Assembly: GCA_964276515.1 (NCBI GenBank)
Contig: OZ193909.1
Coordinates: 7,564,001-7,628,000, forward strand
Length of the DNA stretch: 64,000 bases
Source of the DNA: Gordius albopunctatus
Lineage: Eukaryota
Reading direction: 5' to 3'
Shown: positions 26,659 through 39,730 of the stretch, piece after piece
How the letters are laid out: each line of letters starts with the position of its first letter
Numbering within the stretch: the stretch's first letter is position 1
Translations under genes and position numbers: made by a program
The notes under the pieces: generated by a model
Seen by the model: only the letters and a program-made list of their open reading frames with translations
Database searches by the model: none
What the model was told of the DNA's origin: nothing

Positions 26659-27096
26659 CCACAACTCTCCGAGTGAAGGCCCGATGATAGTTGTAGAGGC
26701 TACGAATTTAATCGCACGCTACTTTCCCTTGACCCCGTCTAGGCAAATTATTATTCACGCACCCTAATAATAGCTCCTCGCTTATACTTTATCATCGCCT
26801 GACTTATTCAAATTATTATTCACGCACCCTAATCATAAAAGTGAATACATTTAAGTATTTGAATGTCTCGCAATTCACCTTATTATACACACAAATAACC
26901 TCGCAGAGATGTGTATATAAACGCGATGTTATTAAATAAAAGTATTCATTTATTTTTCCCTTAAAACTTAACACATGTACTTTAATCCGCAAGACGACCT
27001 AGTTGAATTTGTTTGACACACCCGAAATAAAGGAAATGCTAAGAGGGTTAGGGATTAATCAATAACTCATTTTAAATTTTATCCAATTGTATCCTG

Positions 27097-27759
27097 ATGG
27101 TAGATAGTCCTAGAGTAAAGAGTTCTCCAAATTTGAGACGACCTTTAGTCAGCTCTGGTAACCCTAAAACGTGGACCCGCCATTGGGATTTTTTAAACAA
27201 AAATGACGCCAATTTAACGTTTGTATGTCAAACATTCACGGCCAAAGACAAGGAGATTATCAAGCATACGTGGAAATTAATATGTATCAATAAGATTATG
27301 GACGGGTGTGATATCCAAAAGACAGTGTGTCAACATTACCCATTAGTAAGGTTAGCTGAAAATGTGTTTATTCGAATTTTCGAAAAACGACCCGATATCA
27401 AGTCCGTATTCTCGTTCAAGGAAGTTGACATATCAAATTTGCCCAACAATTGTCAATTCAAAGCTCACACTCAGCGGTTTTATTTTGCCCTTGTATCGTT
27501 GGTTTCGGGCGTGGAAGACATCGACAAAATCGAATGCGTAATCGTTTCCTTATGAAAAGCACATACCCAATTACATGAATTTAAACCAGATTATTAGGAT
27601 TGTTTTCGGCAAGCACTTTTGGCCGAATGGAAATATCAGCTGACCGATGATAACTTTACTTCTGAAGTGAGATCGGCTTGGGACAAATTATTCCATTATT
27701 TAGTCACAAAAATGAAGCAAGGATACGTGAGCCACGAAACTCCTTCCCATAAATTATAA
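27097..27759 (+). pseudogene. Intronless globin (neuroglobin-like fold) with two in-frame stops
   Basis: A-helix IIKHTW, FIRIFEKRPDIKSVF (CD1 Phe) and FKAH (E7 His). After TGA at 27553-27555 the frame continues KAH (F8 His); after TAG at 27595-27597 it gives G and H helices (FTSEVRSAWDKLFHYLVTKMKQG) to TAA at 27759. Confidence 0.85.
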
Positions 27760-27888
27760 TTTTTCATTAATTAGTGTCACCGTAAGTTGATAACATTTTA
27801 ACGGAAATAAACCCTTCCTCAGAGTATTAATATGTTATAAACGCCAATTTATTAGTTTACTCTGTTGAAATTTTAAAATATTAAATAT

Positions 27889-28570
27889 TAAACTCGGGCC
27901 TTCTGCCCTCGTGGGAAGGGAGAGGGGGGAAGGGAAGGGGGGAAGGGAAGGGGGGACTCTTCTATACTCTGTATAAAAGTAGCATATTTGCTATGCAATT
28001 TATGGGCGAGAAAGGTAGGAAGGGGCGAGATTGCCTATAGGGGGGTATTAAATGCAAAATAATTGGACTGACGGGCATAGGGTAAATATCAACGTTAACT
28101 AATTCCGAAGCGAAAAAAAATTCGATTCGTAATTTAGCAAATGGTCATTTTTCCCATTGGTCAGTAGCCAGACGGTCAGAAAGTCGTATTATCAAGGGTA
28201 TTAATAAGAACAATATATTTATTTTAAAAAAAAATAAAAATTTTGCCTCTCCGGGATTCGAACCAGCAATTCAGAACGTTCGCCGGGATTCGAACCAGTA
28301 ATTCAGAACGTTCGCCGGGATTCGAACCGACATTAATAGAGGCATAGGCTTTTGTAGTGGAGGGCATAGGGTAATTATTATAAAAAATTTCGATTTATTT
28401 GGCCAACGGTCATTTTTTTCATTGGTCAGTAGCCAGCGGAGGGTCAAAAAGTCATATTATCAATGGTATTAACAAGAACAAAATATAAATTTAATTTACA
28501 AAATTAAAAAAAATTTTTGTCCTCTCCCGGGATTGAACACGAACCTTGAGGTCGGGAAGCTGATATATTA
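27889..28570 (-). mobile_element. Helentron/HINE-like non-autonomous element, partial
   Basis: Same terminal hairpin (AACTCGGGCCTTC[T/G]GCCC), subterminal GCTATGCAATTTATGGGC and GGTCAGTAGCCAG repeat units as the 59.6-63.8 kb cluster. Confidence 0.6.
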
Positions 28571-28759
28571 TTATAAAGGATCCAAATAATTTAAGCGCCA
28601 ATATTAATTTAAAAAATAGTCTCGAGGCATATTAGAATCACATTGGAAAAACATAATAAATGATATATCACATATAATTAGCTATCAGGAAAATTATAGG
28701 GAAATTTATCGTGGGAATTTCCCAATTTTCCTGAGAAATTTCCCTATACCGCCATCTCT

Positions 28760-29521
28760 ATGCCTTACGCATCTGTACGGCTTATGAGAAATATGTATGA
28801 AGCCTCAAATTCGCGCCTTAGGAGGACAGCTAGAGACTATAAATTTGTTTGGGTTCAAATTGGGTTAAATCTTGGAAGCCATTACTGGGTGCATGCTACA
28901 AAGGATAAAGTATTAGAAGAAGCCGAGAAGTGGCCAAGCTGGATATGCTTATAGGGTAAGCAATTGAAAAACGGTATGTATTGAGATGAACTTTAAAGGC
29001 ACCCCGTCGTTAGATGACCATCTAAATTTCACATACCCTCAGGGTCAACCATATTAAGGTAAATGATTGCCAAATTTTAAATTTTTTGCAAAAATGTAAA
29101 ATATTTAAAACACTTAGGAATTTTTTTAATATCAAATATATTCCATAATTAAAATACACAATAATTTACTAAAATCTAACGATCAATAAAAAGTCGAGAT
29201 CTCGCCGAAAAAATCTCGTCTCGATCTCGGCTCCATTTTTCAAATTCTCGTCTCGTCTCGTCTCGGTTTTTTGAGACAAGACAAGACGAGACGACACGAG
29301 ACGAGACCGAGATTTTTCTCGGTTTTTCCGCATCACTAGAAAAGTACTAGAAATGGAGATGCCACGAAAGAGACGAAGAGGAGAACCTCCAAATAGAGAA
29401 AGTGTTGAAGACTAAAAAGATAAATTAGGAAATGGCGTTTACTGTATCAAGATGGAAAAAAACTAATCAGCACAAAGCCCACGACTGTGGGACCGAACAC
29501 ATGATAAAGAATAAGAAGAAG
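28760..29521 (+). mobile_element. Heavily deleted RTE 3' remnant interrupted by a GAGAC-repeat MITE fragment (~29190-29338)
   Basis: YVRL..MYE-like and EEAEKW peptides; 3' CCCAC..GTGGG hairpin and GATAAAGAATAAGAAGAAG tail resemble the end of the 39.7-kb copy. Confidence 0.65.
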
Positions 29522-30059
29522 TCAAAACTATTTGACCAAAATATTAAATTAATGACATCTTAAGGTATAATTTTTTTAGATTAAAAATATTTTTGCACTT
29601 ATTTGCATATTGAGTTAAAAGTAAAAATTTGAATGACATAATTTTGGGATGACAAAGCTATATTAAAATTGATAAATAAAATCGCGCAAAACTTATATCA
29701 AAAAATATAGTGAATCTTCTAAGATTTAAATAACTTGTTTTCTAAGATCTTAAGCATACATATTCTTAGATTTTTATTATTATAAAATAAGTAAAAACCT
29801 TCCTTAGCTTGGAAAGGGCGAGGGCCTGACCACCAAGGCCTCACTACCCCACAATTTGGTGCTCTTCCCACAAACAATCCTTTTGTTTGGGATTGGAGCA
29901 GGTAGGAAAGCTTTAAAACAAAATTATTTCACATGACCTGCAATGACTTATAAATATCTTAATTATCATAAATAAGTTACAATGGAATTTTTTATGTATA
30001 TTTGTATTCCTCGTGTGATTATATATTGTTTTTCATCTGTAAAGAAATTTTTAATAATA

Positions 30060-33000
30060 ATGTCGGCTTATTATACACTTTTGTTGATTTCATTTTGTAA
30101 GGATACACCTTTTTGTAATAATGAATTTATTGTCCTTATAGATGGTATTAACTCAGTGCTTTTGCAAGAATATAACGAATGTGCTCAAGGGCCAAAATTA
30201 TGGTGCAACAGTTTGCAATACGCACAAAAATGTGGGGCTGTAAATCATTGCGCTCAATTATGGATCAATCAAAAAGATATTATTAAGGTAAGATTTGTGT
30301 AATTTACATAATGTATTTTTTTAGAGCGATAACCAAGATTGTCAATTCTGTTTGTTCTTAATTAACAATGTTAAACAAATGATCGAAAATTCAGATGCTG
30401 AGGTAAGTGTTTTTGTTATTTTTGTATTTAAATTAAGAATTCTCTACCTTATTTTTTTTAAGTTTGTTACATTTCTATATATATTTAATTAAATTTATTA
30501 ACTGATAATATAATATTTGGCATTTAGGGGAAAATTAAAAATGAAATAGTGGCATCTTGTAGTATTCTTAACAATCAGGATACTCAAAAGAAGGTATATT
30601 ATCAAGGATTTATTATAAAATAAATTTTTAGTGTTTAGCTTTACAAAATGAAATGTATTTTACAATGGGAGTCCTTTTAAAAAAGCAAATAGTAAATATT
30701 ATTATTTATAGCTTAAATTTGGAATTTCTTAGAGTCCTTTTTGGATATGTAATGGCATACAAATGTGCAATTCATCCATAGAACTACAACAATTTCAGAC
30801 TACTGATGAAATCTATCATTCTAATCCGTTGGAGTCAAATGATCCTAATAAAGAGTCTATTATTGTAAAAGTTTTTTTATTGTTATTAATATGATTTTTT
30901 AACAATATGTTTATCTGTTTGAGTTTAAACCAATTATATCTAGTTTAAGTACTAACAATTTATTTAATCAATCATACAAAATTTGAGTTACCATTTGCAT
31001 AGGGCAATCATTAACACTTGTTGTTTTTATTTTTAATAGATTAATAAAGAAGAATTAATTGGAAATGATGAAGCTAATTTTCAGGAAAATCATTTGAAAG
31101 GTGACCCTCAAATATTGGAAGGCAGTGATTCTACCCAATTAATCAATAATTTGCAAACATTATCAAACTTCTCTTCCATCATCAATGAAAGTCTTATTAT
31201 AGATCTGCTTTATGATTTTAACAAGAATATGCTTCAATCTGGACTACAAGTAACATTTTTCACGATCACAGTTGTTTAATAGAGTTTTACAATTCTGGAA
31301 ATTGGCTTAAATAAGGACCTGTGTTTGTTCTTATTTATAATCCACCCAAATATGTTTTTGCTCCCTGTATATTAATTTTTCACCATTGTGCCTAGTTATT
31401 CAGGCTTTTATTATTTTAAAATTTTTTAGAAGTGCCTCTTTAGCCATGTTTGATTTTATATGAGTTGCTTAAAAGGATATATTCTTAACTAAACTATGTC
31501 ACTTATTTGAACCCTACTACATAAGAGCTTATGACTAATTTGACATGATCTTAGAGTTAATTTAATTTTAAAGTGCTGCTTGCTTTCATTCAATGAATTA
31601 ATGATGTGGTATACTAACTTTTTAAAGGAGGAAAATCTATGTGATATGTGCCAAAAAGGTGTAAAGAGTCTCGACATTTTATTACAATCGCCTGATTTCC
31701 AACGCGATTTACTCAAATACGCGGCGCAGTTTTGTAAAGATTTGCCAGACTTTAAGGACAATTTTATGGTAGTAAACTCTTGCATGAATTCGCATCATTA
31801 AATCTATTTTAGTGTCAAGAGGGTTTGAAAAAGTTTTTGCCAGATTTGATCAAAATAATTGACGCCAAGTTGAAGACCACTGATGTATGTGTCAAAGCTC
31901 AAGTTTGTTCCCCCAAAACATTGTTGTTGCTGAAAAATAGGGTACTTTAACTTTAGAAATTTTCTTATACTTTAACCTTGTAAAAATTTAGGCAAATCCT
32001 TCAGCCAATTTATGCGGAGATTGTAAAAATCTTGTTGGTCAAGTTAAAGATTTCCTTGATAAGACTGAGGTAAATTTTATAAATGCAGTTTTTAAATATC
32101 ACTATGTTTTGCTATTTTTTAGCCCAAGATATTAGATGCTGCTAAACATTTTTGCCAATCCTTTCCTCAAAGAATTCAAGAAAAATGTACATCAATGGTC
32201 AAAGATTACATACCATCCATCTATGAATACCTAAACATGATAATGGTAACAACGATTTCAAAATTATTTTTAGTAATTATAACTTTTAAAGTTTTTGATT
32301 TTTTTATGTCATGGTTAATTGATGTTTGTCTATACCAAAGGATCCTGTTCAGATGTGTCAAGCTTTTGGCATTTGTGCTTTGGGCGAAAACAAACCGATA
32401 GCAGAGATGAAGATGACTGAAGCTGTTCAAATGGCCCAAAACTTTTTGCTGCAAGGTGTCCCCCTGTTCAGCAAAATTTCGGATGCGGGCAAAACGTTGG
32501 AAAGACAGAAAGAGGAATCTAAATTAGCACAAACTTCTTTGGATGTGAAAGTAAGCCAGTTTGCCAAAGGTCAAGAGCCCAATTCGTTCGAGTGCGAAGT
32601 TTGCAAATTGGTGACCAAAGCTTTATTGAAAGAGCTGGGAGAAAATAAGTCTGTGGTAAGTTAGGATTTTACATACAGTCTGTTTTTGCATCTCAAACAT
32701 CAACATAGTGATTTTGTAAAATTACATTGTAATGACTAATGCTTTTTGTTATAAATCTTTGCAGGAAAATATTAAGTTTCAGCTGGATAGGGTTTGCAAC
32801 ATTTTACCCAGTAACTGGAGTAAAGATTGCAAATACTTTGTGAATACCTACACCGATACTCTGGTCATTTTGTTGGAAAATAATTCTAACGCTACCGAAA
32901 TTTGTCAGTACTTCGATTTTTGCCAAGTCCCTGACAACCCTACTTCCAGCTTTACCATGCTCTCATCATCTCTAAGTTTGTCATTTTACACGATGTTTAT

Positions 33001-36000
33001 AATCTTTGCTAGCTCTATAATGACCCTATTTTACAATTTTAAAATCTTTGATTATTATATTAGAACCTACTTCGCATAAATTGATACTTTTGTAAGTGGA
33101 AAAAGCTATTTTATAGCATATTATTCTTTTTTGTTGCAAGGAATTCCCCTGTTTAGCAAAATTTCGGATGCTGGCAAAACGTTGGAAACACAGAAAGAGG
33201 AATCTAAATTAGCACAAATCTCTCGTTACATGTCCATAAACTCTCTCGGAGTGTCTAAGGGTAACAGTGTTTGGTTTCCTTTAAATAATTCCTTTTTAAG
33301 TCTTGTGTTGCAAAAACGGCTGGGGGGTTTTTTTGGTTGACCTTAGGTTTTATTCGACGAAGTATTAAAAAATCAAATGTTTTTTGGGCAAATTCCTGGT
33401 CTATTTATGCGATCAAGAAAAACAGTCCTAAAAATCTTTGGTTTTTTGGACTGTTTAGTCGACCGAACAAGACCAAGCTGTTTTTATAAACACTAGTTAC
33501 AACATCCCTATATATCCTACTCCTTTAGATGTGAAAGTAAGCCAGTTCGCCAAAGGTCAAGAGCCCAATTCGTTCGAGTGCGAAGTTTGCAAATTGGTGA
33601 CCAAAGCTTTATTGAAAGAGCTTGGAGAAAATAAGTCTGTGGTAAGTTAGGATTTTACATACAGTCTGTTTTTGCATCTCAAACATCAACATAGTGATTT
33701 TAATGCTTTAGTATGTATTTATCACTCAAAACATTACGTTAAAATTAACTATACTTACTTTATTGATATTAGTTGCATTTTTTCATGAATTTTGGCAGGA
33801 AAATATTAAGTTTCAACTGGATAGGGTTTGCAACATTTTACCCAGCAACTGGAGTAAAGAATGCAAATACTTTGTTAGCACCTACACTGATACCCTGCTT
33901 ATTTTGCTGGAAAATAATTCTAACGCTACCGAAATTTGTCAGTACTTCGATTTTTGCCAAGTTCCCGACAACCCTACTAGCAGCTTTACCATGCTCTCAT
34001 CTCCAAGTTTGTCTTTTTACGCGATCTTTATAATCTTTGCTATCTATCAAATGACCCCCTTATACATAGTTTTGGTTAGGATGTAGGCCTCATGTATTTA
34101 AGTAATTTGGGAAACTTTAGCCATTTTGGGCCAATACTTTTTAAGTTTTGTACGTTTAAATGACCAAATTCAATCAAATTTTGGTGCATTTTGTTCCTAA
34201 AAAATTCTCCATCGAAATAATTTAACAAAAAACTCTAAAATTTTGCGGTTAATTTTTTGTGGTCAAATTAGTGAAAAATCATAAAAACCTAGTGCTGTAA
34301 ACATTTGTAAAAAAATCGAACGCGTTCACGTTCGTTTAAAAAAAAGGAACGCGTTCACATGTTCACGTTCGTTCAAAAATTTATGATAATTTTTAATTTA
34401 ATAAAAATCAATGTCTTATATTTTTTAATACAATAAATAGCCATGATAAAAAATAATAGTTTTACTTCGACAATATAATTATAAATCAATATAATCTATT
34501 TTCTTATTGATTTTTAATAATAATTGTTTTTTAAAATTGTCGTCTGATAAGCAGGAACACTTGGCACTTAATAGAGCATTAGCCATACTAAAAACCGGCT
34601 CCATAGGGGCAGATGAGGCTAATAAATAAATTTTTTAAAGGAGGAAATTTATTAAAAACATTTAATTTTTTGTCCCTCGCTTTAAAAAATTGCGACAAGA
34701 TATCATCCTCCAATCCGCCCTCTACTTCCTCTTCAAAAAAATGATATCTCGGAATTGACAGCTCTTTCATTATCAATTCTAGGGGTTTCAATCCCTTTTT
34801 CAATAACACTAAAAGTTTATTCTTTAAAGGTTCATTTTCTCGAAGTTTAATCCAAGGCCACTTTGATACAGAGATAATACTTTTTGGACACATTTTACAT
34901 TTGGTAATTATTGAATTCGATCCTTTATATGAAACGAGTGAAAAATATTTTTCATATTTTGACCATGGCAATTTCAATACATACATCTGCTGATTTTGAA
35001 TATTCAAAATCTGAAGATGACGACTATATAATATTATGATTGTCCATATTAACCTATAAATTAAATAATCTTATCTTCTTTTGCACGTTATAGTATGTTA
35101 AAAGTATTTCGGAATTGGTAATTAGGAAACAGGAAAAACACCTGATTAAAAAATATAAGACTTTTTTGTTAAAAATTCGGATTAAAATTAATTTTCAAAT
35201 AAAAAGTGTTTTTAAAATTGAACGAACGTTAAATTCGAACGCGTTCATTTGCAGCACTATAAAAACCTATTTGTCGATTATATGAAATCACCCATTTCAC
35301 AATGTGCACTCCTTTATGACCCATTATCATATTTCAATCATAAAAAGTTTGGGATCGGCTACGAGATGATCAAGAATTCGAAAAATTACATTTTCACCAA
35401 AAATATTTATAGATGGTGGTATAATCAATTATCACAAGAACATAGATGATGTTTGTTTTTCATCAAATATAAAATTTTCTAGAATACATGGTTAATAAAT
35501 AATATTGGAATAAAAATAAACCTAAATTTTGATCTTTTTTTCTGTGCAATGGGCAATTATCTTAATTTGAAAATTAGATTTTGAATTTTAACTTAAATGA
35601 TATAGGGATGTGAGGTTGGAAAAAAATAAATACTAACACGATGGCAAAATTTCTCAAGTATTATTATTTTTGTATTGATAATCCATTCTGAATTTATAAA
35701 AAATTCGCGGGATGAAACGTATTTAAAAAATTATTGCTTGCTAGTTGTGACCATTATTTAATTAAAATTAAATTAATTTTAAAATACTTTATTACATAAA
35801 GTGATGCTTTTGTCAATTTAAAAAGCATATTTAAGCATATTATTCCTTTTTTGTTGCAGCTCAACAGTTTAACTATTGCCCCCTGTGCCACATTGTGGTG
35901 AACTTAATTTCCAAGGAGATCGGTAAAAATGCGTCGGACGAAAAGTTATTGGAATGGGGAAAGAAATTTTGTGCGACTTTACCAGCCGTATGGGCTCAAG

Positions 36001-36618
36001 AAGTTTGTTTAATTCCTACGTTATATAGCAATCTACATGTGAATTTATCACCATAGTGTTAAAGATATATTTATATGGAAACTTTATTAACAGTTTTAAA
36101 ATTCACTCACTTAATCTGTACAGTGTGACGACTATTTGGATGCATATGGTCTTCAAGCCCTCCGTATTATCAGTGATAGCATGGATCCCGATGTTGTTTG
36201 TCAGGTAATCAATTTGATTGAAACTAATTTTGCTTTAATGATAGTTTTTTGATAAACACTGTATGCTAAAGCTCATTAATATTTTTAGCAACTCGGTATG
36301 TGCCAAATGAAACGCGTTGACATTTTATACAACGCACCCCGATCCGTGAGAGCCAGCAATGACCGCCAAGAAGGGTCTCATAAATTACTCGGCGGCCATC
36401 ATTGTACCAGGGGACCCGGATACTGGTGTTTGTCCGCTGAAAAGGCAGAATCCTGCGGCGTAAGAGTGGCTATTGATAACGATGAAATTTTTTTATATGT
36501 TCATGAGATTATTTATTAATTCAATTAATTTCATTTAGAGCTTATTTAATATTCTTCCTTCAATTTATACATTTAGGCTACGGAGTATTGCAAGTCAAAC
36601 GGTGGATTTAAGCAGTAA
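30060..36618 (+). CDS. PSAP: Prosaposin-like precursor: signal peptide, SapA, six SapB domains, SapA
   Basis: 20 phase-consistent exons: 30060-30096, 30142-30287, 30325-30402, 30528-30593, 30632-30691, 30733-30864, 31040-31249, 31628-31768, 31813-31941, 31992-32069, 32123-32245, 32341-32655, 32765-32975, 33141-33260, 33529-33641, 33799-34006, 35860-36002, 36124-36204, 36289-36459, 36577-36618. SapA motifs CAQGPKLWC..CGAVNHC and CTRGPGYWC..CGATEYC; SapB domains begin CQFC, CDMC, CGDC, CEVC, CEVC, CPLC. Confidence 0.92.
34290..35259 (-). mobile_element. Non-autonomous hAT transposon (deletion derivative) in a PSAP intron
   Basis: TIR TAGTGCTGTAAA/TTTGCAGCACTA, perfect 8-bp TSD TAAAAACC and subterminal GAACGCGTTCA repeats. 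ORF 34588-35007 fuses a BED-finger-like start (PW..YF..CKMC) to a C-terminal FPPLKNLF remnant. Confidence 0.88.
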
Positions 36619-38471
36619 ATCAATCGCTTCAGTGAAACTTCTCTCTATTTATTTACACATATAAATTAATATATTATTATATTTCCATTCCCTATAATGT
36701 TTAATAATAAGCTTCTTATTACAGATATCACATGCTTTGTAATGTTATTATCATTGATATTATATCATTGCATCCCGTTTACATACTTTAATCAGTTATT
36801 TCTTTACACCTACTAACAACTCATTGTATACGATCCTCAAATTAACATAGATATTATATAGATACTATTTAAATGAATAGAATTCTTTTGATTACGAGTT
36901 TAGTGGTAAGTATGTGTTTTTCTGTAATAGCAAATCAGCCAGAACAGTAATTTTCCATACATTCTATGTTGAATACAGAAAAGTCTAAGATTTCATTAAT
37001 AAATTAGCTTGTTTAGTCCATCGATTCTTGCCCCCTTTTGAGGATGATAACGTTTTTATTTCATATTTATTGTCTATATGTCAATTTTTACGTATTATAG
37101 TATATCCTATTTAATTATAAAGTAGGTTCAATAGCTTTGCCAGTGTATTTTCTAAACCTTTATTAGAAGCGACCTATAATATGCACAAATAATAACAAAT
37201 GCAGGTTCTTCTCTTTAAAGATTCGACTTTTGAGGCATCCTTATGTCATTTTTATCAGGCGATCGTTTTTTCCATTGAAGTTTGCAATATTCACAGAGGT
37301 CTGCATCTTTGGGCTCGATCGTATAAAAAAATCGGGCATACCTAGTCGGGCGCAATATCCTTTCGGGCGGGTCGAGCTTATAACTGTACCCTCCTACAAT
37401 ATTAAATATATCAAGATCTATTTTAAAGTTTTAATTTCATAAATTTTTGAACCCACCTGAAGGTTTTCCCACACAGTTTTGATACCAAAATCTTTTATTA
37501 ATTTTAAACCTTGGCACACTATTAGTGGGAAATATTTGGTGCTATTAAATTTTGGTATTTTTATTTAAACCATGACAGGCGAGCCCAACTATGGTTGAGT
37601 TTTAAGCTCCTGGTTGTAGGGTTGAAATAGCCGGCGGAAAAAGGCGACGCGAAGGTGTTAAAAACTTTATCAATAAAAATTCGAATTTACTTTATTAACG
37701 CGAATAACTAACTACAGACGTAATAATTTATACTTATTATGTACAACAATAAAATAGGGGATTCACAATTAAAATGATTTGCAAAGGGAAAATTATAATA
37801 TACGAGAAAATTACAATAAATGGGGGGAAATGTAGGGATTGGGAACAATTACAATGGTTTTAGTAAAAATACGAAGCTTTTGGAAAATGTACAAGGACTG
37901 TAATATTGATGTGAGATCTCGCTTTTAGAGTCGTTGAATCTTCCCTGGGTGGTGGGCTTGATTGAAGGAGCAATATACTGGAAATCTTCAGACGGGGCGG
38001 CGCACAGAATACCAGATGTTGATGAGTTAAAAAGAAAAAATAATTAAAAAAAGAGAGTGTCAAAGAAACTTAGCCACTTCCGCGTCTAGGTTAACCCGCG
38101 GTAAAAGTGCCTTCCTTTGACCAATTCCTTTTTTTAATTATAAGGATTGCAGAACCGTTCTTTAACCATTTTTCATTAACATTAATAAAAAAAGTAAGAT
38201 CAAAATATCCGCGGACATTAAAACGTGGTATACACGTATATCACAAGGGTCTTTTATATTAAGGTAGTGTTTGGAGTGCCCGTGTCTGCGCCGCCTGAAG
38301 ATGTGTGGTTGAGCGATCCTATGCTTAAATTAGCGGAAACGCTAATCCCGAGCTGGTTGAGTAAGCGACTTCTGTAAGGCAGCAGTCTGATCGATCTATG
38401 GCGAAAGGGTGTTGTTGTTATCTTAACGAGAATTCTCCAAAGTAGCGCTATGGAGAAGCCTTGGTCATGGG

Positions 38472-39715
38472 TAGTGATGGGGAAATAGCGTTTTTAAGGA
38501 GCTATAGCACATAGCACCTATATACGGCTATGTCTACTAGCATATAGTCACTTTAAGTGCTATAGGAGATGGGAGGTTCGAGGCGCTAGAGCTATGGGAG
38601 GTTTGAGGCGCTAAAGCTATCATGGGCCGAAATTTTAGGTTCAGGCCCGGCCCATACCCGCACAAATATAAATTTTTTGGCCCGCACCCGGCCCGCAATA
38701 AAATCCCAAAAATTGCGCCGCACGAGTAAAAACAAGTCTACGCTCTTTCAAAATTATTTATTTGTATAAATTTTTTTTTGTATTGTTCGTGAAATAATTT
38801 AAATATAGCATATAAAATCGGTTCTAATTAAAAATTACAATTTAATATTGTCATTTAAAACTAAAAGAATATATATTTTATCAGGCAATAATTTTGTTCT
38901 TCTCTGTTATATAAGACGACTTGCCTTACTGAACGTGAGTTCACTCGTAGTGGTAGCCATTGGTTTTGACAAAAATTGACTAGCTAATTTTGGTAAGTTT
39001 GGTAACTAACATAAGTTGGTGTTTCGACCATAAAAATACATCTAGCTGAGCATCCTCAGGTTTAGATTTGATTTAAGATGTATCAACTTCGTGGTAATCT
39101 TCACTTTTTCCGTTTCATCATCGTCCCAAATAAAAAAATAGATAATTGCTTAGTGTTGCACACCTGAGCTGGATTAATCATAGTTAGACCACTTATGCAA
39201 GAAGATCTATGTCGGAAGAGCCAGGATTTTCTTACATAGATTTCTTTAAAATATTTTTACCCTAGTTTTAAGAAGTTTCTTTCATACTCGGGTAGAATTT
39301 TCATCGTGCGAAACTAACAAACAAGAAAGATTGTTATGATAACTTTCGATATTAAACTTTGAAATTAGCATAGTTTGGGCTCTTGACTTAAATTTGTAGA
39401 TAAATATTTAAGTCAGCAGGATCCTCATTACATGTAGTTGAAGGAAACAAATTTGGGATGCTTTTTAATGATGTATAAAAGGGTAATATTTTATAGTGTT
39501 GATGTCTTACCCGCTTCTAACTTGATGCTTGCTTTTTCAAAAGGTAATATACCTTCAAATTTTTCCATTGAATCATTGCCAGATTAAAAATGACTAGTTT
39601 ATCATACATCTCATTCAAACTTTTTCACATTATGATTTTTGAGTTCCACCAGATTCGTTTGGAAAAATTAACTTTTTTATCATTAAGCTAATAAGTGCAT
39701 TTTTTTGTTTCTATA
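38472..39715 (-). mobile_element. Nested hAT remnants: MITE end at 38472-38620 plus decayed transposase C-terminus
   Basis: 38472-38620 matches the 46483 MITE family. The minus strand at ~38920-39010 reads LPKLASQFLSKPMATTTSELTFS (hAT dimerisation-like). GGCCCG subterminal repeats at 38625-38700. Confidence 0.5.
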
Positions 39716-39730
39716 TTAAAATTAGAGTAT

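Larger units (their letters stand above)
23280..26973 (+). mobile_element. Gypsy LTR retrotransposon, CsRn1-like, copy A (internally deleted)
   Basis: 282-bp LTRs 23280-23561 and 26692-26973 that appear identical, 4-bp TSD CATG, PBS TGGTGACCCC (tRNA-Trp 3' end), gag with CHCC motif, then PR-RT-IN. 846-bp deletion and 2-bp deletion relative to copy B. Confidence 0.97.

Noticed and set aside
28251..28330. Regularly spaced CCGGGATTCGAACC repeats, superficially CRISPR-like or tRNA-like
   Set aside because: Spacers are near-identical, the context is eukaryotic and there is no cloverleaf; internal repeat of the HINE-like element.
37615..38470. GC-richer block starting TGTAGG, a possible solo LTR
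   Set aside because: No second copy, TSD or PBS/PPT found.
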